Made by a program: the position numbers and the translations under genes. Positions 30,845 to 41,394 of a stretch of 64,000 bases of DNA are shown here, piece after piece; the stretch's first letter is position 1; every line of letters starts with the position of its first letter. The stretch covers positions 32,001 to 96,000 of the forward strand of contig CBDATS010000002.1 of assembly GCA_965200245.1 (NCBI GenBank). Direction: 5' to 3'. The notes beneath the pieces are model-generated. The model worked only from the letters and a program-made list of their open reading frames with translations. It did no database searches and was not told where the DNA came from. This stretch comes from a bacterium. GTDB taxonomy: Bacteria; UBA8248.

Positions 30845-31792
30845 ATGACAGAGGCGGCGTATCGAGAAATATATGAACGGGCGAGAGAGAACCTGGAAAA
30901 ATCGGGAGAACACAACCCCTACGACATTCTGGGTCCTGACCTGCCCGGCACACAGACGGCACTCGCAGGCTTCACGCGCTTCGGCCTCAAAATGCGCCTG
31001 ATGCTCACCGATTCCGCCGACACCGGGTTCGACTTTCTCGGCAAAAAGCTCAAAACCCCCATCATGACGGGTTCGATGAGTGCCAACACGCTGGCGGCCC
31101 ACTGGGCGGACGGATTCCTGCAAGTGGCCGAAGGTGCCGCGCGCTTTGGAACCCAGTACTGGATAGGCGACTGCACGGATGAAACCTGGCGCGAGGCGGC
31201 CGCCGCCTTTCCCTCCGCGATTCGTATCGTTAAGCCCTGGCGGGACAGGCAGCGCACCTTGACTTCTCTCAAACTAGCGGAGGACACAGGCGCCTTCGCC
31301 GTCGGCATGGATTTCGAATCCTGCTTCTATAACCCCGAATGCAAACCCCAAAGAGCGGACTCGCTCGAGGGCTACGTGAAGGCCACAGGGCTTCCCTTCA
31401 TCTTCAAGGCGATAGGCTCTGCGCAGAGTGCACGTATCGCACGCGACGCTGGCGCCGCTGCCGTCATCGTCACAACTCACGGAGGAGCGCACGGGCCCTC
31501 TTGGGCGCATCCCATGGAAATCCTGCCAGAAGTCGTGGAGGCCGTGGGAGACGACTTGCTGGTTCTTGCCGAAAGCGGCGTGAGGCGCGGGGACGACGTA
31601 TTGAAACTCCTGGCCCGTGGCGCGAAAGGCGTAACCTCGGGAAGGGCGCTCGTGCTTGGTCTGTTCGCAGGAGGACCGGCGGGCGTCGCGGAGATGCTGG
31701 AACTGATGCAGTCTGAACTCAAAAAGTCCATGGTCCTTGCGGGTTGCAGGGATCTGGACTCGATTACGGGGGATATCCTGATTCCGAGGTAG
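30845..31792 (+). CDS. FMN-dependent alpha-hydroxy-acid oxidase-like protein (divergent)
   Basis: LPFIFK, VTTHGG, SGVRRGDDVLK.LA.GA, GR. Confidence 0.8.
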   Translation: MTEAAYREIYERARENLEKSGEHNPYDILGPDLPGTQTALAGFTRFGLKMRLMLTDSADTGFDFLGKKLKTPIMTGSMSANTLAAHWADGFLQVAEGAARFGTQYWIGDCTDETWREAAAAFPSAIRIVKPWRDRQRTLTSLKLAEDTGAFAVGMDFESCFYNPECKPQRADSLEGYVKATGLPFIFKAIGSAQSARIARDAGAAAVIVTTHGGAHGPSWAHPMEILPEVVEAVGDDLLVLAESGVRRGDDVLKLLARGAKGVTSGRALVLGLFAGGPAGVAEMLELMQSELKKSMVLAGCRDLDSITGDILIPR

Positions 31793-31940
31793 CTACAAGG
31801 GAACCCTAAACCGAAAGGCCGGAGTTTGGCCTGCCACTCCCCCTCGGGGGGCAGTTTCTCTCATCGCCCGTCATCCCGGTATCGATTCCAGCCAACCCGG
31901 GAGGGGTCACGGGGTATGGGACAGATGGATTCATCGCCCG

Positions 31941-32062
31941 CCTGGATTCCGACATTTGCCGGAATGACGACATTCTTCGGCTTATGGGTTGCAGGAACAG
32001 GCCCTGTGCCTGTCCTGACCGAATCTACCCTGAAGAGGGGCCATTGCAGAGGACAACCACAG
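31941..32062. repeat. Degenerate REP-like palindromes
   Basis: ggattccgacatttgccggaatgac (GTCATTCC..GGAATCC type) and gcaggaacaggccctgtgcctgtcct (GTAG-like). Confidence 0.5.
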
Positions 32063-32081
32063 AATTCGACCCTGAAAACGT

Positions 32082-33170
32082 TCACACCGCCTCCGGCAAA
32101 AGCGGCAACAGGTATTTCCCGAAATTCCTGGCCTCGGCGTCATGCGGCCAGCCGGAAAGGATGAACGTGGTCGCGCCCACGTCGATGTATTCGCGTATGG
32201 CGTCAGCCACCACCTCGGGGCTGCCGACAAGCATGGTACCCGCCCCCTGACGCACGAGATTGATGCCTGAAAAAAGTGCGGGACCGTGCCAGAGTTTCCC
32301 CTCCGCCGTCATTGCGTTCATGCGCTGCTGGGAGACGGACTCCACCTTTCCGGCCACTTGGCCAGTGACCGAAGAACTCTCCCCGTAGGACGCCGTGCCC
32401 GCGATGATGTCCTCGGCTTCTTCCTTGGCCTGCGCGTCGTCCTCACGCACGAGGATATGAAAACGCACGCCGAGCTTGAGATCGCGGCCATGCTCCTCGC
32501 GCGCCATCTGTTGTACTTCCGCAAATTCTTCGGCGATCTGCCAGGGGGGTTCACCCCATTTGAGGAAAACGTCGGCGTGCTTGGCAATGACCTTTTTCGC
32601 CGCAGGCGAGCTTCCGCCGAAATAAAGGGGTGGCCCTCCCGGTCGCGCGGCACCAGGAAAGACGAAGCCATCTTCCACCTGATAGTGCTCCCCCTCGTAG
32701 TTCACCCGGCCATCATACGCCCAGAAAGCGCGAACGATTTCCAGGAACTCATCGGCCCGCTCGTAACGCTCGTCGTGATCCGCCCAGTCCCCGTAGCGGC
32801 GCGCGTCCACCGAGGATCCGCCGGGCACAACGTTTACCGTCAGCCTCCCGCCCGAGATAAAATCAAGTGTGTTCGCCTGCTGCACGGCAAAGGTCGGCGT
32901 GGTGAGGCCGGGGCGGATTGCAACACAGAACTTGATGCGCTCGGTTTCTCGCGCAATCACGGAGGCCAGGAGCCAGCCGTCCGAACACGAGGTATTGCAG
33001 GGGATGAGCATGTTCGTGAGGCCGCTTGCCTCGGCCGTCTGCGCGACATGGACGAGGTAGTCGATCTCGGGCGGTATCTCCACCTCTCCCGTACCGAGGC
33101 GGGTGGCGTCTCCCCGCTGGTTCGAGGGCAGATACCAAGCGTATTCGATGGGCTGCTTGCCGTTTTTCAT
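32082..33170 (-). CDS. LLM-class monooxygenase, alkanesulfonate monooxygenase SsuD-like
   Basis: WYLP...D, AIRPG, SGGRL.VN, HDERYERADEFL, YFGGSS, LVGSPE, FILSGWP. Confidence 0.88.
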   Translation of the reverse strand: MKNGKQPIEYAWYLPSNQRGDATRLGTGEVEIPPEIDYLVHVAQTAEASGLTNMLIPCNTSCSDGWLLASVIARETERIKFCVAIRPGLTTPTFAVQQANTLDFISGGRLTVNVVPGGSSVDARRYGDWADHDERYERADEFLEIVRAFWAYDGRVNYEGEHYQVEDGFVFPGAARPGGPPLYFGGSSPAAKKVIAKHADVFLKWGEPPWQIAEEFAEVQQMAREEHGRDLKLGVRFHILVREDDAQAKEEAEDIIAGTASYGESSSVTGQVAGKVESVSQQRMNAMTAEGKLWHGPALFSGINLVRQGAGTMLVGSPEVVADAIREYIDVGATTFILSGWPHDAEARNFGKYLLPLLPEAV

Positions 33171-33242
33171 CTCTCACGCATCCTTTGTTCCGTGTCTCAT
33201 GAACTCCAAATCAAGCGTTAATTTTCGCGCACAAGTTTGCGA

Positions 33243-33280
33243 AAAAAACCGTCCCGCCCGCAAGGGGCAGGGCATTTTTA
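33243..33280. terminator. Hairpin with A/T tails upstream of the SsuD-like gene
   Basis: aaaaaacc-gtcccgccc-gcaa-ggggcagggc-attttt. Confidence 0.55.
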
Positions 33281-33319
33281 TTGGCGTGTCCGGCGTGACG
33301 CAACGATCCTGACGGGTGC

Positions 33320-33480
33320 TTAGGCCGATGACTCCCCCCATCGTTGCTCGTGATGGCGATGACCGAAGAGCGCGGCGTGGTTTTCTCGCCGCCTGGGAAG
33401 TGGCTGTCGCCTTCCCTCCAGCCGGTGTGCTGGATACCCACGAAGAGTGTCCTGCCGTCGGCCCTCCACCCGAAGAAATG
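33320..33480 (-). pseudogene. C-terminal remnant of a PhoX-type alkaline phosphatase
   Basis: ADGRTLFVGIQHTG...SHFPGG...PRSSVIAIT..DGG resembles the PhoX C-terminus as recalled. Confidence 0.6.
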
Positions 33481-33794
33481 ACGCCGGGCTACATCCGCAT
33501 TCTGGCTTTAGAATCCGGGGAGTCTCCTAAAACTGATGAGATAAAGATTCGCGGAACAACCCAGAAAAAAGATGGAAGATAAAAGATACAGGCAAAACAA
33601 CTTGTGCAGGGCATTTCCGGATTCCGGCGTTTTCTCTTTTCAGAGGGATTCGATGCAAGTTGACGAACCAAGACCATATTTAACCGCCGTCAAATACCTC
33701 CCCCGCTTCTCAAGAGTGTGCACAGGCTGTAGATTGAAGCTCGCCGGATTACGGCGCGAGATGTCCCTGGGAACCCGACTGCCCCGAGAACCGG

Positions 33795-34679
33795 ATGAAT
33801 CCCCAACTCATCGCCGCATCCTACGCCATGTCCACCGCCGTGGTCTTCGCCACTTTCAGCGTGTTCATCCGCAAGGGTAGCGACCACGCAAACGCGCTCA
33901 CGGGCGTATTCATCGGCCTGGTCACCTCACTGCCGGTCATGCTCGCCGTAACCTGGTATTACTGGCAGCCCGAATGGTGGAACCCGCAAGCGTTTTTCTT
34001 CTTCTCGCTGGCAGGCCTCACCGGGCCAGCGATGTCGCGTGTGTTTCTCTACTTGAGCATCTCCTACCTGGGCGTCGCGCGCGCGATGCCGTTCGTCTCG
34101 CTGACACCCCTGTTCTCCACCTCGCTCGCCATCGCCTTTCTGGGCGAGCGGCCAGGTGCGCTTATCCTCTCGGGTACACTCTTCATTGTGCTGGGCAGCG
34201 CCGCGCTCAGCTACAAGAAACCGGAAGACACCTCGTGGAAGAGAAAACACCTCCTGCTGGCTTTCTGTAGCGCCGTCACCGCCGCGTTTTCGTTCCTTTT
34301 CCGAAAATTCGCCTTCGCCCACGTCGATGCCCCCATCATGGGCGCCACCCTCACGACTCTAGCGGGATTCATCTTCCTCATCACCTTCATCCCGCTCTTC
34401 CCGAAAGACCAGAAACCGAACCAGTTCGACCGCCCGAAGGCGTGGCTCATCTTCGGGCTGTGCGGACTGTTGAACGCGGTCGGCTTTTTTCTGCACTTCA
34501 CCGCCTTGAACATCGGCGATCTCTCCATCGTCTCACCGCTCACCTCGACGGCTCCTGTCTTCAGCCTGATCATGAGCTATTTCCTGCTCAGGAGCGTGGA
34601 ACGCATCACGCCCGCCATCATCTTCGGCACGGCGTGCATGGTTATCGGCGCCGCGCTCATCGGCTGGCGTCTTCGTTGA
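33795..34679 (+). CDS. DMT/EamA family transporter
   Basis: Two EamA-like halves: SI..LGVARA.P, AL..GD...VSP. Confidence 0.85.
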   Translation: MNPQLIAASYAMSTAVVFATFSVFIRKGSDHANALTGVFIGLVTSLPVMLAVTWYYWQPEWWNPQAFFFFSLAGLTGPAMSRVFLYLSISYLGVARAMPFVSLTPLFSTSLAIAFLGERPGALILSGTLFIVLGSAALSYKKPEDTSWKRKHLLLAFCSAVTAAFSFLFRKFAFAHVDAPIMGATLTTLAGFIFLITFIPLFPKDQKPNQFDRPKAWLIFGLCGLLNAVGFFLHFTALNIGDLSIVSPLTSTAPVFSLIMSYFLLRSVERITPAIIFGTACMVIGAALIGWRLR

Positions 34680-34794
34680 GAGCACTGGATGTCGGTAAAC
34701 CGTAAGGACAGGAACGGAGAACAGTCCGATGCTCGTTATAGACCGTCATAGATAATCAACGGCAATATGGCTCTATTGAATATTTTGCATCCTG

Positions 34795-35370
34795 CTCCGG
34801 GTACAGGGCAAGACTGGCGGAGAAGGTTACCGCCACTCTGGAGATAGAGCATGCGCGGGTTGCACTTGCGCTGTTTCAGGGAGAGCGCGGCTCGGTCACA
34901 GAGTCTTTCGCTATGGAAGGAAAGGCTCTGCATCACGGCAATCAGGTATTGGAAAGAGTGATTCGTGGTTATGACTCCGAGAGACGGTTCCATCAATCGC
35001 ATCATACCCCGGCGAATGTCTGGCAGGCGATGGACACGATTTTTCAGGAGCCGGAAACCAGTCGGTTGGCGAAGTTTCGCATTGCCGAATACCTGATTCC
35101 AGATGCACTGATCAAAAGCACGGACCGTCACCACGAGAACTGGGGGATACTGCTCGAGCATGTCGATGGTCACTGAAAAAGGCTTGTCGCCCCATCGTTT
35201 GACCATGCCGCACCGTTGGGACGGGAACTGCTGGATTCGCGTCGCGAGAGGCTCTTGACAGGGAATCGCGTCGGGGACTACGTCGAGAGAGGGCGGGGTG
35301 CAATTTACCGGTCAAAAGACGAGAGGCAAGCACCAGGCCCGCTGCATCTGGTGCGACGGATTGTAAGGCC
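34795..35370 (+). pseudogene. HipA/CtkA-like kinase remnant
   Basis: GTGQDW, HGNQ, DALIKSTDRHHENWG, in-frame TGA 35174-35176, APSFDHA..LGREL; frameshifted N-terminus. Confidence 0.75.
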
Positions 35371-35658
35371 AACAACGCCTAGAAGACCATGCCGAAGCTG
35401 TCGCCGCCTTTTGGCAACGATCAAAAGACGATGAATGGCTCGATTAGAGCAACGCGGCAGCACAAACCGAAGAAGTCATCAGCCCCGCATTTCGAATGAT
35501 GCGCGCAGCGGTCAAATCAGTAACCCACACCCCTACATCGGAGCAGATAAGACAGATACAGAATATTCCAAACAAGACGCGCAAAGACATTCGGTCGCTG
35601 AAATCGCTTAAGGAAAATCAACATTGCAAATGTCCGACGTAACGAAAGGGGCGAAACA

Positions 35659-36780
35659 ATGCAAAGCAGGAAAATGCGAAAACGAGCTTTTATTGTCGCA
35701 GCGGGGGTAATCTTTTCCATTGCTGCTGGGATCGGTGTTTCAGCGCTATTCCCGCGCTTTATGACTGGCCTGCTTTTCGGCGTAAATACTGCCCCCGTAA
35801 AGCTTTCTGTCAGCGACACACACAGCCCCCGTGAGACTGACGAGAAGACAATCGCGATAGTAACCGCTGCCGATTCTTTCCTGTCCTCCTTGAGTACAGA
35901 ACAAAAACAGGCCGCGACCTATGCATTTTCCGACAATAGGCAACGCTCGAATTGGTCTAACTTCCCCGAAGGCATGATCCCCCGTGGCGGCTTAAAAATG
36001 GCCGCCCTTTCCGAAACCCAACAAACGAAGCTTGACAGTCTTCTTGCTGAAATCATGAGTGCCAAAGGCATTCAAAACTTAAAATTTCAACTTGCCGCCG
36101 AAGAAACATTCCCAAAGGGCTCATTCAACAAGTACGGGGTCGAGTACTTCTACGTTGCATTTTTGGGCGAACCCTCAACGACAAAACCCTAGATGTTCCA
36201 ATTTGGTGGCCACCATCTAGCCATCAATGTAACGATCTACGGCGCAGGCGTAACATTTTCACCGATGCTCACTGGTGGCCATCCCCTCCATATTCAATAC
36301 AACGGAAAGCAGATTTTCATAACCGAAGAAGAAACAGCAGCAGCCCAAGCCCTTCTCGACAGTCTCAACGACGAACAAAAAAAGATTGCTATCCGGAGTG
36401 AGCAAGCTATCGACCTTTTACTCGGGCCGGGTCAGTACGGCACTGTCGTGGCACCGGAAGGCATCAAGGGCAGCGACCTCACCGAGAGTCAAAAACAATC
36501 GCTCATAGCACTAATCAAAACGCGGTTAGACTTTATCAATGACAATGACCATGCAGCAGCAATGGCCACTGTCATTGATGAGCTTGACGACACCTATTTC
36601 GGTTGGTGGGGGCCACAAGGAAAATTAGGATTTGCCTATTTTCGCATCACTGGCCCATCTCTAGTGATCGAATACGCGCCGCAAAATGACGCTGGCGACA
36701 GCGTTACGGATCACGCACACAGCATGTACCGCAACCCGGAAAACGACTATGGCTCTGCATGGATAGGGCAAAACAAATGA
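35659..36780 (+). pseudogene. DUF3500-family secreted protein with in-frame TAG
   Basis: RSNWSNFP, GEPS..KP*MFQFGGHHL (Trp expected at the stop), YFRITGP, HAHSMYRNPENDYG; stop 36190-36192. Confidence 0.8.
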
Positions 36781-37049
36781 AAAATGGTCTTCTAACCCTT
36801 GCCTGTGTACTTTGCTTTGTCAGTAAAATTCAAGCACACCCACATGGATGACGGCCTCGTATCGAAGGAAGAAGCCGCTAATTTTGGCTCTGACGTAATC
36901 TCAAAACCCAAGTTCCAACTTAATGGCGACGAAATATCGCTAAACAACATCTATAAGCCCTTAATGAACCGCTCCTAAACACCAAAAACACAGCGTTCAC
37001 AGCACGGCGATCATATGGAAATTAACTTCTCCCCATAGACAATAGGGTA

Positions 37050-37189
37050 TTCAAGCCATTCGTCTGAGTCCTGCCGGCCGATTACTGCCAAGATCTGTCA
37101 GATTGGACAACACCCCACTACTCAAGGCCCTAAAACCAAATACGCTATAGGTCAGCTGCGACGCTCGGGGAAAGCCTATAATTTGCCAT
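37050..37189 (-). pseudogene. parE: ParE toxin remnant (three in-frame TAG plus internal deletion)
   Basis: MANYRLSPSVAADL*RIWF*GLE*WGVVQSD then ILAVIGRQD..EWL; overlaps the antitoxin stop. Confidence 0.75.
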
Positions 37190-37433
37190 CTTGACGGGCC
37201 TTCTCTTTGAAGCCGTCAAGTATCTGCTCAGGCGTTTTTGTGATCCATCCATGCTCTACAACCGACTGCTCGGCAGCAATCAATCGTTCGCGAATAACCT
37301 CGATTTCACGAGCGTGGCGAATCAGGTCGTTGACCACCTCGCTACGGCTGGCAAATTCGCCGCTCTCGATCTGGCCCTGAATCCATTTCTCATTGGGTGT
37401 CGAAATCGACAAACTTGCACGTATCCCTGCCAT
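37176..37433 (-). CDS. parD: ParD-like RHH antitoxin
   Basis: SISTPNEKWI..QIESGEFASRSEVVNDLIR. Confidence 0.85.
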   Translation of the reverse strand: MAGIRASLSISTPNEKWIQGQIESGEFASRSEVVNDLIRHAREIEVIRERLIAAEQSVVEHGWITKTPEQILDGFKEKARQDGKL

Positions 37434-37467
37434 TGCTTTTGTCCTCCTCCCTCCTCCGATAGGCGTG

Positions 37468-37493
37468 AATATGATGTAATTTTACATCATATT
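37468..37493. promoter_or_regulatory. Perfect 12-bp inverted repeat, probable ParD autoregulatory operator
   Basis: aatatgatgtaa-tt-ttacatcatatt about 35 bp upstream of the parD ATG. Confidence 0.75.
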
Positions 37494-37548
37494 GCCCTTC
37501 TTGTCCATGCCCCTAGAATACCCGCCGGAGGCGTGGGCTTCTGCGTCA

Positions 37549-37680
37549 GTGACATTCCCTCGGAGCCGACATTTTTAGAATGACAAAACGCGCGCAACGG
37601 CAGTCACCCCGAAGGGGTCGCAACGGAGTGTAGCGGAGTGAAGAACCGCGGAGCGGTTGACAGAGTGAGCACGTTTGTAT
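37549..37680. repeat. REP/MITE-like structured repeat
   Basis: gaatgac...gcaacggagtgtagcggagtgaagaa; ends acaaaacgcgc / gcacgtttgt are complementary. Confidence 0.45.
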
Positions 37681-37776
37681 GTTTTCGGTCGGATCAAAGG
37701 GAGCTTGCGACCGTTTTTAAGGCACTGTATCTGCCTTTGTCAATTCGGCGCCCGAAACATGGAATATCTCGCCTCA

Positions 37777-38421
37777 CTAAAGGCCACTAATGAAGCACCG
37801 GAGTTCCCGGAAAGCTGGCGCGTCGAAATCCCATACGCCCCTAAGCGCACCTTCTCCCACCCTAGCCAGCGGATCTTGCGTAGAAGCCAAATAGGCGTGC
37901 GCGAAGCTTTTATCGATATTGTCCGACTCCATGGCTTTGTGATCTTTGAGACATTCCAGATACTGCTCGACGCACTGAGCCGCGTCTGTATCCGCCACGG
38001 ATCGCCGGCACAGTGTCTCCAATGCACCATGTGCGGATCCGTCCGGCATGATGAACACTCCAACCGGCGGTGTTCCATTCGAGAAAGTTCCGTGGGACTC
38101 TGGCGCTACGTACCCGGTATTATGAAGCTGAGTGCAGACGCTTCGAAAGGCGTTTTCTGGGTGGTGACCCCCGTCCCGAACGACTCCGAAGGATCGGAAG
38201 CTCGGACGAATTCGGAGCAGTTCCTGTATAGCTTTCAGACGCTTGGGGAATTGATACTTTCCCCCCGCCTCAATCACCTGGATACCTGCATTTTTGCCAA
38301 GACAATGCCGGATCAACTCACAGAACAAGTTCACCTCGTCCCGACCCTCGACCAACAGGAGCCGGTCGCAATGGATGCTCAGCCTCTTCCCCCGAGGATC
38401 AGCGGGTTGTCTCTGTGGCAC
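37777..38421 (-). CDS. DUF3226-like (TOPRIM-type) protein partnered with an ABC ATPase
   Basis: LLVEG.DE, GVVRD, VFIMPD...GALETLC, K...HAYLA, W.FD. Confidence 0.75.
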   Translation of the reverse strand: MPQRQPADPRGKRLSIHCDRLLLVEGRDEVNLFCELIRHCLGKNAGIQVIEAGGKYQFPKRLKAIQELLRIRPSFRSFGVVRDGGHHPENAFRSVCTQLHNTGYVAPESHGTFSNGTPPVGVFIMPDGSAHGALETLCRRSVADTDAAQCVEQYLECLKDHKAMESDNIDKSFAHAYLASTQDPLARVGEGALRGVWDFDAPAFRELRCFISGL

Positions 38422-39531
38422 TACCGGACTTCCAGGTTCAGGTCACGGGCCCCTATGAGCGTTTCTCCGGTAAACGTTGCGGCTTCCTTGTGTCCTGTAT
38501 TCCCGTTACAAAAGAGGTGGTGAATAGAGAGATCCTCAGGCGCATCCTTAAAGGCGTCTATCGCCGCGTCGATAAACTCTCCGCTATGCGTCGTTGCCAT
38601 AAACTGCGTGTTCCATTGGTCCATCCACTCTCGAGCCCGGTCCCATATTTCTCGTTGTGCGGAATGATGGATTCCGTTTTCCATCTCATCAACCAGCAAA
38701 ATACCGTCCCGGGAGGCGGAAAAGCTGAGTAGCAACCGAACCAGCCTGACGGCACCATCCCCAAGATCGTGAACCGGTAGCCGCCTCCCGTTCTCCATCA
38801 CCACCGACAGATAAGGCTCTCTGGTGTCGTTGGTCAGAATCTCCGCATCCGCGATTTTCTGCGCAAGCAGGTTGACGGCGACCTGCAATTCTTTCTTGCG
38901 GCCCTCTCTAACCAGATTGGAGTATTGATGTAGGTATTCGGCAGGGGTCTCAAGTTGAAACTTGGTGCTTTGGATAATACAAGCAGGCCGTCCAACGGGC
39001 TTTTTCTCCGACAGAAGCACCGTGCCTTGGGGTGTTATCTGGAAAGTGTCGGTGCCCTTCACGATTTCGTCGTCAATGTAGGTATGGATACGTCCCCGCA
39101 CGGGCGACAGGTTTGCCAGACTCTCTTGTGAAGCTCCACTAGTCCCTAGGTTTGGTGGTGGAGGTGGTGGGGGGTGGTGGCTCTACCGTTTGCATAGCAC
39201 CGCCGGCCCCCGGGCTTGGCGAGACGCTCTCAAACTTCTGGAAGACCCATTTCAATTTGTGATGAGTTCCGTCCTCCTGACCGTGAAGTTCCAATTCGCG
39301 GTCAGTCAGTCTGGAAATGGGATCGAGAGTGGGCATGGGAGGACGTTGGACTTTCAAATTCCACAGTATGCTGGGATTGAATCGGCCCGTAAACAGCCAT
39401 ATTGCCTCGATCAAAGCTGTCTTGCCGACCCCATTTGCACCGGTAATCAGATTGGCCTTAGACAGATGACGCAAAGAGAGGCCGTCGATACCGCGGAAGC
39501 GAACGGCGTTGAAACTATTCAATTGAACCAT
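38421..39531 (-). pseudogene. AAA_15/AAA_21-type ABC ATPase, frameshifted in a G6 run inside a proline tract
   Basis: Walker A GANGVGKT in ORF 39139-39531; LGDG, LLVDEMENGIH and ATTHS in ORF 38421-39101; removing one G at 39169-39174 joins them. Confidence 0.8.
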
Positions 39532-40512
39532 TGCATTTCTCCGTCAACCCCACCATCTAGCCGAGCGACTCCGGCAGGGCTATACAGTTTAATGGTAGTG
39601 TTCGGAACACATGTCCGTCAAGGTGAATGACCAAGCGGCCAGTTTGCTGGTCCACCGAACCGCGCTTTGGTGAACCAACGTGGAACGTCCCAAGATAACC
39701 TGCCCGCACGAATGCATATACTTTGTCATCTCATTGGTGATGCCATAAAACGCCCGCTCCGGGGACCTGTCGCTGTTGCGTGTTCGCCACCCCCGCGCGG
39801 CGCAAACCGGAAAACGCAGGCTCACTTCCACAACTCTCGGCGGGATGCAAGCACCGATGATCCATCGTCTCAGGCGGGCAGATGCGTGTCAAATATGGAT
39901 TGACGGCCAAAAAATATGCGAAAACAGCGGCCGAAAATAGCCAATTTCATATCGGGTTTCTGCTCAATTTCCAACACCTAAGTTCGACGTTTTCCCGCTC
40001 AAAAAAACGGGGCATTCTGAATACGGGTTGATCATATGATGAAAGGCGGCGATTCGGGGTCGCCGCCCACGAGAACACAGGGATATCCGTACTTCCCCCG
40101 CGGCGAATCATATCCTCCGGCCATCCCCAGCGGGCGATCCCAAGGGCGAACTCCGGCTCAAACGCTCCTCGCCGGCGGCTCTGACCTCGACCCCAGGGAT
40201 GGACATGGCGGGCACGCCACGCTCCACGTACTACTGTAGGCAGGTTCTGTTGCGGCTGATGGCAATGTATATGGCCACGAGGGCAAGCTCATGTCGCCAG
40301 GGGAATCCTTGAACCTCGACTTGCGCGGCTTACAACTGAGCGTCTCTTTTTTGTTTTCATCCGTGTGGTTTCCTTTCAATTTTATCAAATCCCCGCGCAG
40401 CAGGCAGTAGACGGAAACACGTATGGAACCAAGCCACAGGAGATCCCCTACCAAAACTCGTTGTCTGTGGTATGTTTTATGAGACAGCTTCCAGACAGAC
40501 AGAGGAGTAAAT

Positions 40513-40929
40513 ATGCTGGGAGGCAATAATCATGCACACTGCGGTAATCTGGGTATGCAGTTACAGGAAATGCAACGGAAAGGCCTTGTAAAGGAAACCA
40601 GACTGACAGGATATTCCTGCCAGCATTGCTCCTCGAAAAATCCAAAAATATATGTCGCTACAGAAGATTACAATGGCTTCTTTAGCAGAAGCAGTTTATA
40701 TGGGATGAGTCTCACAACTGGCATATTCTTCATCATATTCATGGGGTTTATGCCGTCAATCAAGGGAAACGGAGACATAGGTGCAGAGAATATTTTCGGC
40801 TTCATGTTTTTCTCGATAGGAATCTCATTGTTGTGGAAAATGAGATGCGGAGTTCGCAGGGGAGACAGGGCTTGTATCGAGAGAGACGGGTGCCTTAGTG
40901 AAGATTTCGACAGACTTCCGGACGGATGA
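40513..40929 (+). CDS. Hypothetical membrane protein with CxxC, probably degenerate
   Basis: RBS gaggag; CQHC; two hydrophobic segments. Confidence 0.4.
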   Translation: MLGGNNHAHCGNLGMQLQEMQRKGLVKETRLTGYSCQHCSSKNPKIYVATEDYNGFFSRSSLYGMSLTTGIFFIIFMGFMPSIKGNGDIGAENIFGFMFFSIGISLLWKMRCGVRRGDRACIERDGCLSEDFDRLPDG

Positions 40930-41394
40930 GGCCTGCCACGCAAGAAAACCCGGGACGAACCGCTGTCTCTTCAGACATGGTACATCCACAATCAAATGAC
41001 GATCCGCACGACCCTTGGGATGAGGTGCGTCGGGACTGCACCGGGGGTCGGTGGCCGGATTTTCAGACCATGGATCGTCGCTGACCGCAAGCTACGGTGC
41101 CAGCACGAACGCCATCATGGCTCCATCCTCCAGTATTGTTGCCCGTTTTTCCCTTGCCAAAATGAGAGGAAAAAGTCATGACCACGACAATCGCTACACT
41201 TCTCAACTTCGGTGCCACACGTGGATTTTTCAGGTCTTCCGTGCCTGGAGATGCAAAACGACCAATTACTGCTGGATTGTTTGCAAGTCTCAATCCTAGG
41301 CGGTTGGTTATCCGAGTGGGATGATGCCTATTTTAGTCAGATACATTTTTTCAAACAATTTACACAAATTTCTGCCCGACAAAACAGAAACATG

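Noticed and set aside
40140-40240. Ankyrin-repeat remnant (LLAGGSDLDPRDGHGG)
   Set aside because: A single degenerate unit; too weak to call.
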